Origin: Candidatus Binatia bacterium
GTDB taxonomy: Bacteria; Desulfobacterota; Binatia; HRBIN30
Assembly (NCBI GenBank): GCA_038245295.1
Contig: JBBRSP010000030.1
Coordinates: 14,875 to 78,874, forward strand
DNA length: 64,000 nucleotides
Reading direction: 5' to 3'
Position 1 is the stretch's first letter. Every line of letters starts with the position of its first letter. This document shows positions 1 through 9,053 of this stretch, in pieces. The notes beneath the pieces are model-generated. The model did not search any database, was not told where the DNA came from, and was given only the letters and a program-made list of their open reading frames with translations. Position numbers and translations under genes: made by a program.

Positions 1-618
1 TTCGGAATGCACGAGCATCGAGATCAAATCGTCGCCAGGGTTGGTGCGGCGCGCGGCGATCACCTGGCCGAAGTAGTCTAGTAACTCGACCGACTGCGCC
101 ATGTTCTCCGGCGTTGGCTGGGTGCCGGCCTCGATGATCGCGTCCGACCAGCGCTTGAAGCGGTCGTGGTCGGCGCGTGGAATGCCGAGCATGTCGGCGA
201 TTACCAGCATCGGCAGCGGCGCCGCAAAGGCGTCGACGAAGTCTACCGGTTCATTCGGATCGATGGCTTCGATGAGCTGGCGGGTCAGCTTGGTGATCGA
301 TGCCTCGATCGCCCGCAGTCGTCCCGGACTGAAGGCAGGCTGCACGAGTTTGCGGTACTGCGTGTGGTCGGGCGGATCGATGTAGATGATCGACTGCCGC
401 GGCATGATCGGTCGCTCGAGATCGCTGACCAGGATGCCGCGAGCGGAGCAGAAGGTTTGCGGATCGCGCGACACGGCGACGATATCGTCGAGTCGCGTCA
501 GCACCCACAGTCCCGGTGTCGGATGCCAATGGATCGGCGATTCGCGGCGTAGCTCGCGGAAGGCGGGGAACGGATCCCCGGCGTAGAACTCAGGATCGTG
601 CAGTGGCGGATTCAGCAT
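1..618 (-). CDS. Cytochrome P450 (CYP125/CYP142-like), N-terminal part, truncated by the window edge
   Basis: Manual translation from ATG at 618: MLNPPLHDPEFYAGDPFPAFRELRRESPIHWHPTPGLWVLTRLDDIVAVSRDPQTFCS...DDLISMLVHSE; resembles the P450 at 43233. Absent from the ORF track because it runs off the edge. Confidence 0.85.
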   Translation of the reverse strand, partial: MLNPPLHDPEFYAGDPFPAFRELRRESPIHWHPTPGLWVLTRLDDIVAVSRDPQTFCSARGILVSDLERPIMPRQSIIYIDPPDHTQYRKLVQPAFSPGRLRAIEASITKLTRQLIEAIDPNEPVDFVDAFAAPLPMLVIADMLGIPRADHDRFKRWSDAIIEAGTQPTPENMAQSVELLDYFGQVIAARRTNPGDDLISMLVHSE

Positions 619-646
619 GTGGGCGCGGACGCTACGCGCCCACATG
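616..646. promoter_or_regulatory. 12-bp perfect inverted repeat between the divergent P450 and SDR genes (candidate operator)
   Basis: CATGTGGGCGCG-gacgcta-CGCGCCCACATG, overlapping the P450 start codon. Confidence 0.4.
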
Positions 647-680
647 GTCGGCGTCAAGAAAAGAGTATAGGGGGAGGAAG

Positions 681-1496
681 ATGAACAACTACAGTGGCAA
701 GACAGTTTGGATCACCGGCGCCTCGTCGGGCATTGGCGCGGCACTGGCCAAGTCATTCTCGCAGGCGGGGGCGCGAGTGATCCTGTCTGGTCGGCGCGCC
801 GAGGCTCTGGCGACTGTTGCCGCGGCGTGTCCTGGAGAGACGTTCATTCTGCCGTTCGAAACCACGGCGATCGAGACGTTGCCGGCGATTGTCGCGCGGG
901 CGGAGAAGTGGAAAGGCGGCATCGATGTTCTCGTTAACAACGCCGGTATCTCGCAGCGCAGCCTGGCGCGCGACACCAGCTTTGAAGTCTATCGCAAGAT
1001 CATGGAAGTCGATTACTTCGCGCCGGTGGCGCTGACACAGTTGGTTCTTCCAGCCATGCGCGCGCGGGGGATGGGGCAAATCGTCGCCGTCAGCAGCCTG
1101 GCGGGAAAATTCGGCTCGGCTCTACGCACCGCCTACTGCTCGGCCAAACACGCGTTGATCGGTTATTGCGAGGCGCTGCGCGCCGAAACCGCGCACGAAG
1201 GGATCGAGGTGACGGTGGTGATCCCGGGGTTCGTGCGAACCGAGATCGCCACCAACGCGCTCACCGCCGATGGCACGGTGCGCGGTCGCTCGGATGACAA
1301 CATCGACGGCGGCATCAGTGCCGAGGAGGCTGCCGAACAGATCCTCGCCGGCCTGTTGGCGGGCCAGCGCGAGATCCCGGTCGGAGGCGGGCCCGAAATG
1401 AGCCTGCTCGATCTCCTGCATCGTGATCACGACAAAGTGCGTGACCTGATGGCGACGCAGGGCAAGGCGATCGCCACGGCACCGGAACTGCCCTGA
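681..1496 (+). CDS. Short-chain dehydrogenase/reductase (DHRS7-like)
   Basis: GGAGG RBS then ATG 681; TGASSGIG, NNAG and YCSAK (YxxxK) motifs. Confidence 0.92.
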   Translation: MNNYSGKTVWITGASSGIGAALAKSFSQAGARVILSGRRAEALATVAAACPGETFILPFETTAIETLPAIVARAEKWKGGIDVLVNNAGISQRSLARDTSFEVYRKIMEVDYFAPVALTQLVLPAMRARGMGQIVAVSSLAGKFGSALRTAYCSAKHALIGYCEALRAETAHEGIEVTVVIPGFVRTEIATNALTADGTVRGRSDDNIDGGISAEEAAEQILAGLLAGQREIPVGGGPEMSLLDLLHRDHDKVRDLMATQGKAIATAPELP

Positions 1497-1520
1497 CCGG
1501 TCGCGCCCACCATGACGTTA

Positions 1521-1543
1521 GTCGGCGTGTTCCCGACGCCGAC
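1521..1543 (+). terminator. Hairpin after the SDR gene
   Basis: GTCGGCGT-gttcccg-ACGCCGAC; no clear U-tract. Confidence 0.35.
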
Positions 1544-1656
1544 CGAATTCACCGCCTCCTCAGCGGCGACGCGAGCGCTTTCGAACTCGTCATTGACATG
1601 GACGTCCCACCCGCCGAGGTCTATGCGTTACGACCGCAAACTGAGTGTCGGTAAAT

Positions 1657-1875
1657 ATGGAAACCATTGAGATCCAATTGGACGAAGAGTTCATCCGCCT
1701 TTGCGACGTGCTCAAGGCAGCCGGGCTCGCCGGCAGCGGCGGGCAGGGCAAACACATGGTCGCCGAAGGGTTGGTCACGGTGGACGGGCAGCCGGAAAGC
1801 CGTAAGACCGCCAAGATCCGCGCCGGGCAAACGGTGGAATGCCGCGGCGTCACCATCACCGTTCACGCGAAATGA
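1657..1875 (+). CDS. RNA-binding S4 domain protein (YaaA/YbcJ family)
   Basis: FIRLCDVLKAAGLAGSGGQGK...VTVDGQPESRKTAKIRAG is the YbcJ-type S4 pattern. Confidence 0.9.
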   Translation: METIEIQLDEEFIRLCDVLKAAGLAGSGGQGKHMVAEGLVTVDGQPESRKTAKIRAGQTVECRGVTITVHAK

Positions 1876-1895
1876 GCTCAACGTCAGGAGGCGCT

Positions 1896-2096
1896 ATGGA
1901 ATCCCGCCTTGCCGAGATCGAAGTGAAACTGACCTTCAACGAAAGCACGCTGGACGAGCTCAGCCGCACGGTCTACCGCCAGCAGCAACAGATCGACCAG
2001 CTCCAGAAGGAGCTACAGGCCGTGCGCGAACAGGTCCGAAACTCGCTGGCCACCGAGCCACGCAATCTGCTCGACGAGATCCCGCCGCACTACTAG
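1896..2096 (+). CDS. slyX: SlyX family protein
   Basis: AGGAGG RBS; MESRLAEIEVKLTFNE...QQQQIDQL...EIPPHY C-terminal signature. Confidence 0.88.
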   Translation: MESRLAEIEVKLTFNESTLDELSRTVYRQQQQIDQLQKELQAVREQVRNSLATEPRNLLDEIPPHY

Positions 2097-2122
2097 AAAC
2101 GACCCATTCGCGGCTCAGCTGT

Positions 2123-2217
2123 CCGCAGGCTAAAGCCTGCGCCTACCAGCCTGCGGCGTGCCAAGATGGGTTTGCAGGCGGAGTCGGAAACCGGTAGGCG
2201 CAGGCTTCAGCCTGCGG
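2123..2217. repeat. GTAG-type REP pair (inverted copies at 2123-2147 and 2193-2217)
   Basis: GGTAGGCGCAGGCTT(C/T)AGCCTGCGG, one copy on each strand. Confidence 0.85.
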
Positions 2218-2423
2218 CGTGCCCAGCAAGAAACCCAAGCGTGGCCCGCCGTCCTTCACCCTTCTAGTAAGCGACCCTGCACGCTCAAATTAGCGGAAGT
2301 GCGTCGCCCTGCCGTTGCCCGGGCATGTCATCCGTGGCATTCACAGTCGACCGCCGTTATGGCTTACCGGCAGGTTGATTCAGACCGGTATTGTTGCGCG
2401 ATTCGATCAACGAGAGGGAAGAG

Positions 2424-3020
2424 ATGGCTACACCAATCGACGCCGGGGCACATGCCTTGCGCGAGGGTTTCCTGGCAAAGCTGCGGTCGGCCACTGGCCA
2501 ACCATTGCAGCCGGCGGACGCTTTCGGCGAGAGCTTTGTCCTCTCCAAGCTCACCGACGCCGTGCAGTGGGCACGCAAATACTCGTTCTTCCCGTATCCC
2601 TTCGTCACCGCCTGCTGCGGCATGGAGTTTTTCTCCGTCGCCGGCCCGCGCTTCGACGTCGATCGCTTCGGCGCCGCGTTACCGCGATTTACCCCACGCC
2701 AGGCCGATCTGTTGATGGTCGTCGGCACGATCACACACCGACTGGCGCCAGTTCTGAAGCGCGTTTACGACCAGATGGCCGAACCGAAGTGGGTCGTCTC
2801 CTTCGGCGCCTGCACCTCTTCGGGCGGCCCGTACAACAACTACGCGGTTGTCCAAGGTATCGACACCGTCATCCCCGTCCATCTTTACATTCCCGGCTGT
2901 CCGCCGCGCCCCGAAGCGGTGCTCGACGGCCTGATCAAGCTGCAGGAGCGCGTGCAGAACGAACGCGGCGGTGAAAAGCTGCCGATGATGCATGGTAGCG
3001 GCCGGCCTCTTCTGGACTGA
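2424..3020 (+). CDS. nuoB: NADH-quinone oxidoreductase subunit B
   Basis: TACCGME, GAC, GCPPRPE N2-cluster ligands; TPRQADL; YDQMAEPKWV. Confidence 0.95.
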   Translation: MATPIDAGAHALREGFLAKLRSATGQPLQPADAFGESFVLSKLTDAVQWARKYSFFPYPFVTACCGMEFFSVAGPRFDVDRFGAALPRFTPRQADLLMVVGTITHRLAPVLKRVYDQMAEPKWVVSFGACTSSGGPYNNYAVVQGIDTVIPVHLYIPGCPPRPEAVLDGLIKLQERVQNERGGEKLPMMHGSGRPLLD

Positions 3021-3023
3021 CCC

Positions 3024-4601
3024 ATGGCGAAGATCACGATCGACGGTCAAGAAGTAGAGGCGCCGGATAACGCCCTGCTGCTCTCTGTAGTCCTGGAGCA
3101 AGGCGTGCACGTGCCGCACTACTGCTGGCACCCCAAGCTGTCCGTCGATGGCAGCTGCCGTATGTGCCAGGTCGAAATCGAAGGCAGCCCCAAGCTGGTC
3201 ATCGCCTGCAACACGCCGATCCGCGACGGCATGGTCGTGCGCACGCAGTCGCCGAAAATCGACACCGCCCGCAAGGGTGTCATGGAGCTGCTGCTGGTCA
3301 ACCACCCGCTCGACTGCCCGATCTGCGACAAAGCCGGCGAGTGCCTGCTGCAGGATTACTCCTATGCTTATGGCAGCCGCGAGACGCGCACGCGCGAGCC
3401 GCGCCGCAAGCTCGAGAAACGCAAGGAGATCGGCGCGCGCATGATCCTCGACCAGGAGCGCTGCATTCTGTGCCGCCGCTGCGTGCGCTTCTGCCGAGAG
3501 GTCACCGGCACCAACGAGCTGGGCGTGTTCAACCTCGGCGATAAGACCGTCCTCGACATCCTCGACGACAAGCCGCTGGATAACCCCTACTCGATCAACA
3601 CCGCCGACATCTGCCCGGTCGGCGCCCTCGAAAGCAAAGATTTCCACCACAAGCTGCGTGTGTGGTTTCTGAAGAAGACGCCCAGCGTCTGCGGCGGCTG
3701 CTCGAATGGCTGCAACATCACCGTGCATCATTATCGCGATCGCATCTGGCGCATGATGCCGCGCCGCAACGATGCAGTGAACGACACCTGGATGTGTGAC
3801 CAGGGCCGCCTCGACTACCAGTTCGTCCAAGACGAGTCGCGTCTGAAGACCCCGATGCTACGCCGTCACGGCAAACTTGCCGCCGCCGAGTGGAACGAGG
3901 CCATCGAGACGGCGGCGCAGAAGCTACACCAGGCCGTGCGCGCACACGGAGCTGCGGCGGTGGGGATCATCGCTTCGCCGCACCAGACCAACGAAGAACT
4001 GTTCCGCCTGTCGCAACTCGCCAAGCTTCTCGGGGTGACGCAGATCGACACCCCACTCATCATCGGCGAAGGCGATAATCTACTGATCAAGCCGGAGAAG
4101 GCCGCCAACGGAAGAGGTGCTTCCGAGCTTGGCATCAAGCCGGCGGAGTCGACCCTTACGTCGATCCTCGAAAACGCCGCGGCCGGCAAGATCAAGGTGC
4201 TCTACGTGTGCACGCGCGATCTGTTGCAGGTGGCCGATGCGGCGCTTGTCGAGAAGGCACTGGCCAAGGTCGAGACGTTGATCGTGCAAGACTACACCTC
4301 GTCGCCGCTGTCGCAGCGTGCCCATGTGCTGCTGCCGTCGCGGACCTGGGCCGAGAAGTCGGGGACGTTTACCAACGTCAAAGGCCGCGTGCAGCGCATT
4401 CATCCCGCCGTCAATCTGTTGGACGAGCATCCGTCCGACGGTGAGATCTACGCGCGCCTGATGAACCGACTTGGCGAAGCGCGGTGGACCTTCGATGCGC
4501 CTGCCGTCTTGGAAGAGATCGCCGCGGCGGTGCCGGCGTTTGCCGGTCTGACATTTGCCAAGGTCGGCCCACAAGGCGCCACCCTCGCAGGAGCGGCCTG
4601 A
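3024..4601 (+). CDS. nuoG: NADH-quinone oxidoreductase subunit G (short, 525 aa)
   Basis: CWHPKLSVDGSCRMC, HPLDCPICDKAGEC, CILCRRC...CPVGAL, CGGCSNGC...C, EKSGTFTN. Confidence 0.92.
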   Translation: MAKITIDGQEVEAPDNALLLSVVLEQGVHVPHYCWHPKLSVDGSCRMCQVEIEGSPKLVIACNTPIRDGMVVRTQSPKIDTARKGVMELLLVNHPLDCPICDKAGECLLQDYSYAYGSRETRTREPRRKLEKRKEIGARMILDQERCILCRRCVRFCREVTGTNELGVFNLGDKTVLDILDDKPLDNPYSINTADICPVGALESKDFHHKLRVWFLKKTPSVCGGCSNGCNITVHHYRDRIWRMMPRRNDAVNDTWMCDQGRLDYQFVQDESRLKTPMLRRHGKLAAAEWNEAIETAAQKLHQAVRAHGAAAVGIIASPHQTNEELFRLSQLAKLLGVTQIDTPLIIGEGDNLLIKPEKAANGRGASELGIKPAESTLTSILENAAAGKIKVLYVCTRDLLQVADAALVEKALAKVETLIVQDYTSSPLSQRAHVLLPSRTWAEKSGTFTNVKGRVQRIHPAVNLLDEHPSDGEIYARLMNRLGEARWTFDAPAVLEEIAAAVPAFAGLTFAKVGPQGATLAGAA

Positions 4602-4603
4602 GT

Positions 4604-5149
4604 ATGGCGACCCGTACCGTTTTACTCCGCCGTCCCTCGGCCATGAAGCCCGGCCTGGCGCGCAGCGCTCTGGCCATCGCCAAAGGGTTCCTCATCACCA
4701 ACCGACACTTCTGGCGTAACCTCTGGGGCGTCATCGTCGGCAAGCGGACGACGTTCACGACGCAGTTTCCCGAAGAACGTCTGGTCATGCCGAACGCCTT
4801 CCGCGGCATGCCGGTACTGGTGCAGATGGACAACGGCAAGGAACGCTGTGTCGCCTGTGGTTTGTGTGAATGGGCTTGCCCGACTGACTGCATCACCATC
4901 TATCCGGCCGAGACCGCCGACGAGATCGAGCGTTACCCGCGTGTTTTCGACATCGAGATGTCGCGCTGCATGTACTGTGGCTTGTGCGAGGAAGCCTGCC
5001 CGGAAGAGGCCATCGTCATGAGTCAGAATGTCGAGATCGCCGCGTTCTCGCGGCGTGGGACGCTGTGGCACAAGCAGGATCTGCTGACGCCCGTCGACAA
5101 GCTTACTGATACCCGCCTGGCGCACGTGCGCCGGAGCTACGATCGCTAA
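4604..5149 (+). CDS. nuoI: NADH-quinone oxidoreductase subunit I
   Basis: TTQFPEE, FRG, CVACGLCEWACP and CMYCGLCEEACP. Confidence 0.93.
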   Translation: MATRTVLLRRPSAMKPGLARSALAIAKGFLITNRHFWRNLWGVIVGKRTTFTTQFPEERLVMPNAFRGMPVLVQMDNGKERCVACGLCEWACPTDCITIYPAETADEIERYPRVFDIEMSRCMYCGLCEEACPEEAIVMSQNVEIAAFSRRGTLWHKQDLLTPVDKLTDTRLAHVRRSYDR

Positions 5150-5159
5150 CGAGGTTTTC

Positions 5160-6875
5160 GTGTCGACGCATCCGATTCTCGATACGCTACGCGAGCGCTT
5201 TCCGAACGACATCATCGCCACCGATACCTATCGCGGCGATGCCAGCGCGACGATTCGCCCGCAAGCGGTTGCTGCCATCGCGCGCTTTCTACGCGACGAT
5301 AAGACGCTGGCTTTCGATATGCCGCTCGACGTCACCTGCGTCGATTACATCGGCCAGGAGCTGCGCTTCGAGCTGGTTTACCATCTGTATTCGACGACGC
5401 ACCACCACCGGGTCCGCCTGAAGGCGCGCGTCTCTGAGGCGGAGGCAGCGATCGACTCGGTGACACCCGTGTGGGTCGGCGCCAACTGGTTGGAGCGTGA
5501 GACGTACGACATGTACGGCATCAACTTCATCGGCCACCCCGATCTGCGGCGCATTTATCTCTACGACGAATTCGTCGGCCACCCGCTGCGCAAAGACTAC
5601 TCGAAAGAGAAACGCCAGCCGCTGATCGGTCCGGGTTCGACCGAGAAGTGGGTCCAGCCGTTGCAAGACATTCCGAACATCAGCCTGCGCGAGAGCGAAG
5701 GTATGCTCGGTTCCGAACTGATGCGCGTGCAGCTTGGCCCGTCGCATCCGGCGACCCACGGCACGGTGCGTATCCTGCTCGACCTCGACGGTGAGACCAT
5801 CGTCAACGCCGACGTTCAGGTTGGCTATCTGCACCGCGGGTTCGAAAAGGAATGCGAGAGCGGCTTCTACTACCAGGCCATCCCATATACTGATCGGCTC
5901 AATTACAACTCGGCAATCCTGTGCAACACGGCCTATTGCTTGGCGGTCGAGAAGCTTTTCGACGTCCAGGTGCCGCGGCGCGGCCAATTCTTGCGTGTGA
6001 TCGGCGGCGAGATCGCACGCATTGCCGACCACATCTTGTGCTTCGGCGCGACCGCCCTCGAGCTCAACGCGTTTACGCCGTTCCTTTACGCCCTGCAGGC
6101 GCGCGAGATCATCTGGGATCTGATCAACGCGTTATGCGGCGGTCGCGTTACCAGCAACTACGTACGCATCGGCGGACTTAGCGCCGACCTGCCGCCTGGA
6201 TTCATCGAGACGGCGCGCGCGACGTTCAATCGCACCATGGAGCTGGTTCGCGATTGCGAGGGCCTGTTGCTCGAGAACCCGATCTTCCGCGCCCGTATGG
6301 AGGGTGTCGGCGTTCTCTCGGCCGAGCGACTGATCGAGTACGGTGTTACCGGGCCGCTCCTGCGTGCCGCCGGTGTCGACCTCGACCTGCGCCGCACCGA
6401 GCCATACCTGGTCTACAACGAGCTCGACTTCGATGTGCCGCTCGGAACGACGGGCGACAACATGGATCGGTTCCTCGTTCGTCTCGCCGAGATCCGTCAG
6501 AGTATCCGCATCGTCGAGCAGTGTTTCGACATGCTGCCGGACGGTGACATCGACCTTCACAATCCCGCCGTGCGTATGCCGCCGAAGGCGCGTGTGTACG
6601 GGCGCATGGAAGAGCTGATCAACCAGTTCAAGCTGGTGACCGAAGGGCCGAAGCCGCCGCCGGGCGAGGTGTATGTGCCGATCGAGTCGGCCAATGGCGA
6701 GCTTGGCTTCTTCCTGGTGAGCGACGGCAGCGGCAAGCCTTACAAATGCCGCGCCCGCACGCCCAGCTTTTCGAACACGGCGCCGCTGATCGAGATGGTG
6801 CGCGGCCGGTTGCTGGCCGACATGGTGCCGACATTCGACATGATCAATATGATTGGAGGCGAGTGTGATCGTTGA
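5160..6875 (+). CDS. nuoCD: Fused NADH-quinone oxidoreductase subunit C/D
   Basis: NuoC ERETYDMYGI...GHPLRKDY; NuoD GPSHPATHG, GYLHRG, DRLNY, C-terminal GECDR. Confidence 0.95.
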   Translation: MSTHPILDTLRERFPNDIIATDTYRGDASATIRPQAVAAIARFLRDDKTLAFDMPLDVTCVDYIGQELRFELVYHLYSTTHHHRVRLKARVSEAEAAIDSVTPVWVGANWLERETYDMYGINFIGHPDLRRIYLYDEFVGHPLRKDYSKEKRQPLIGPGSTEKWVQPLQDIPNISLRESEGMLGSELMRVQLGPSHPATHGTVRILLDLDGETIVNADVQVGYLHRGFEKECESGFYYQAIPYTDRLNYNSAILCNTAYCLAVEKLFDVQVPRRGQFLRVIGGEIARIADHILCFGATALELNAFTPFLYALQAREIIWDLINALCGGRVTSNYVRIGGLSADLPPGFIETARATFNRTMELVRDCEGLLLENPIFRARMEGVGVLSAERLIEYGVTGPLLRAAGVDLDLRRTEPYLVYNELDFDVPLGTTGDNMDRFLVRLAEIRQSIRIVEQCFDMLPDGDIDLHNPAVRMPPKARVYGRMEELINQFKLVTEGPKPPPGEVYVPIESANGELGFFLVSDGSGKPYKCRARTPSFSNTAPLIEMVRGRLLADMVPTFDMINMIGGECDR

Positions 6876-8706
6876 ACATCCCGCCGCCAAGCGCGTGACC
6901 CCGGAGGAAGCCGGGAAGGGCAAGACGCTATCTGCCGAGTTGCGGGCGCGTATTCTCACCGAGAAGGGCAACTTCCCGCAGGCGCGCTCGGCGCTGCTGG
7001 CGGCGCTGCACATGGCGCAGGAAGAGCATGTCTACATCTCGCGGCCGATCATCGATGAGATCGGCGAGCTGCTCGGTGTGCTGCCGATCCACGTGCAAGA
7101 AGTGGCGTCCTTCTATCCGATGTTCCACCTGCAGCCGAAGGGCAAATGCCACATCCAGGTGTGTGCGAACATTGCCTGCGCCCTCGGTGGTGCCCGCAAG
7201 CTGGTGCGTCGAGCCGAAGAGAAGCTCGGTGTGCACGCCGGCGAGATGACCCCCGATGGTGCGTACTCGATTGCCGAGGTCGAATGCTTGGGCTCGTGTG
7301 GTACCGGCCCGGTGGTGCAGATCAATAACGAGCCGTTCATCGAGAACGCGACGCTCGACGACATCGACGCGCTGACCTCTGGCAAGAAGATCGAGGGCAA
7401 GTCCCGTGGCACCGTGATGATTCCGGACGGGGTCGAGGGTTACCTCTTGCCGCCGAACGGCGTGTCGTACTGCGATATCGACGCCTACGTGAAGGCTGGC
7501 GGTTACCAGTCGGCCAAGAAGGCGTGGAACGAGATGGAGCCGGAGGGCATCGCCGAGATCGTCAAGAACGCCGGCTTGCGCGGCCGCGGTGGTGCCGGGT
7601 TTGCGTCGGGTGTGAAGTGGACCTTTATGCCGAAGGAATCGCCGAAGCCGAGCTACCTGGCGATCAACGGCGACGAGAGTGAACCGGGCACGTTCAAGGA
7701 TCGTCAGATCCTCGAACGCAACCCACATCAGTTCATCGAAGGTGCGACGATTGCCGGACGCGCCATCCGCGGCGTTGCGGCGTATGTCTATCTGCGCGGC
7801 GAGTACACGACGCCGTATTTCCGCCTGATGGCGGCGATCAAGCAGGCATACGAGCGCGGCTTCCTTGGCGACAACATCCACGGATCGGGCAAGTCGTTTC
7901 ATATGTACGTGCAGCGTGGTGCCGGCGCCTACATCTGTGGCGAAGAGACCGGCATGATCGAGTCGATGGAGGGCCGTAAGGGCCAGCCGCGTAAGCGTCC
8001 ACCATTCCCCGCCGGCTGGGGCTTGTGGGGTTGCCCGACGACGGTCAACAACCTCGAGACGGTGACCCACGTGCCGGTGATCCTGGCCAAGGGTGTCGAC
8101 TGGTACAAGGCGCGTGGCACCGAGAAGAGCACCGGCAACACGCTCTTCGGCATCAGTGGGCACGTCAAGAATCCGGGTGTGTACGAGCTACCGCTCGGCA
8201 CGCCGATGCAGACGATCATCGAGAAGTACGCCGGCGGCGTGAAGAGCGGCCGACCGATCAAGGCGATCATTCCCGGCGGTGTGTCGATGCCGGTGCTGAC
8301 GGCCGACAAAATCGGCGTCAACATGGACCACGACTCGCTGCAGAAAGCCGGTACCTTGCTCGGCACGGGTGGCATCGTCGTGATGGATGATACGACATGC
8401 CCGGTGCGTGCGGCGATCGTCATCGCGCGTTTCTTCCGCCACGAGACCTGTGGTCAGTGCACGCAATGTCGTGAGGGCACGGCCTTCCTCTACAAGTTGC
8501 TCAAGCGTATCGAACGCGGCGACGGTGCCTTGGAAGATCTCGCGACGATCGACAGTGTCTGCGGCTTCATGGAAGGCGGCACCATCTGCGCCCTGTCCGA
8601 CGCCGCCGCGTGGGCGGCCGGCAACTTCGCACGCCGCTTCCGCCCCGACTTCGAGCGCCATATCAACGAGAAGGGCTGCCCCTTCCACGAGAGCTTCGAG
8701 CCATGA
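6865..8706 (+). CDS. nuoEF: Fused NADH-quinone oxidoreductase subunit E/F
   Basis: GGAGG then GTG 6865; NuoE CANIAC...CLGSC continues in frame into NuoF GRGGAGF, DESEPGTFKD, YICGEET, CGQCTQCREG, TICAL. Confidence 0.92.
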   Translation: MIVEHPAAKRVTPEEAGKGKTLSAELRARILTEKGNFPQARSALLAALHMAQEEHVYISRPIIDEIGELLGVLPIHVQEVASFYPMFHLQPKGKCHIQVCANIACALGGARKLVRRAEEKLGVHAGEMTPDGAYSIAEVECLGSCGTGPVVQINNEPFIENATLDDIDALTSGKKIEGKSRGTVMIPDGVEGYLLPPNGVSYCDIDAYVKAGGYQSAKKAWNEMEPEGIAEIVKNAGLRGRGGAGFASGVKWTFMPKESPKPSYLAINGDESEPGTFKDRQILERNPHQFIEGATIAGRAIRGVAAYVYLRGEYTTPYFRLMAAIKQAYERGFLGDNIHGSGKSFHMYVQRGAGAYICGEETGMIESMEGRKGQPRKRPPFPAGWGLWGCPTTVNNLETVTHVPVILAKGVDWYKARGTEKSTGNTLFGISGHVKNPGVYELPLGTPMQTIIEKYAGGVKSGRPIKAIIPGGVSMPVLTADKIGVNMDHDSLQKAGTLLGTGGIVVMDDTTCPVRAAIVIARFFRHETCGQCTQCREGTAFLYKLLKRIERGDGALEDLATIDSVCGFMEGGTICALSDAAAWAAGNFARRFRPDFERHINEKGCPFHESFEP

Positions 8707-8726
8707 TGGGCGGCGGAATGGAAGCC

Positions 8727-8751
8727 GGTAGGCGCAGGCTTCAGCCTGCGG
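8727..8751 (+). repeat. GTAG-type REP, single copy
   Basis: GGTAGGCGCAGGCTTCAGCCTGCGG, identical to 2193-2217. Confidence 0.85.
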
Positions 8752-8770
8752 CGGAATTGTCGAGACCAAA

Positions 8771-9040
8771 ATGCCTGGACTGATTGAACGAAACAAAGTC
8801 GTCAAATACTTCGGCACCCCGGACCGTACCGAGGGCACCGTCAACGAGCCGCGCGAGCGCATCGAGTACGGGCTGAAGTTCAATGAGAAGTGGATCTATG
8901 AACACCCGATGCGCGACCCGGCACATGCCGCCGAGCGCATGCTGCTGTGGCGGCGCTACGACTTCGTCGCGTCGCTCATTCGTAAGTCGAAAGACGGCGA
9001 GTGGGAGTCGGACGATTCTCTCGCCGGCGTCTTGTCCTGA
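8771..9040 (+). CDS. Small hypothetical protein (FGTP...EKWIY pattern)
   Basis: 89-aa ORF with typical codon usage directly after nuoEF. Confidence 0.75.
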   Translation: MPGLIERNKVVKYFGTPDRTEGTVNEPRERIEYGLKFNEKWIYEHPMRDPAHAAERMLLWRRYDFVASLIRKSKDGEWESDDSLAGVLS

Positions 9041-9053
9041 GGCGCGGCCTGCT

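Noticed and set aside
516..680. Upstream extensions of ORF-track calls (e.g. 516, 17669, 18454, 28239, 37422, 46289, 52903)
   Set aside because: They overlap neighbouring genes or repeats; downstream starts with an RBS or a family-typical N-terminus fit better.
2424..6875. Group 4 NiFe-hydrogenase or formate hydrogenlyase interpretation of the nuoB/CD/I genes
   Set aside because: The large subunit lacks both Ni-binding CxxC motifs and ends in GECDR; NuoB has the tandem CC of complex I.
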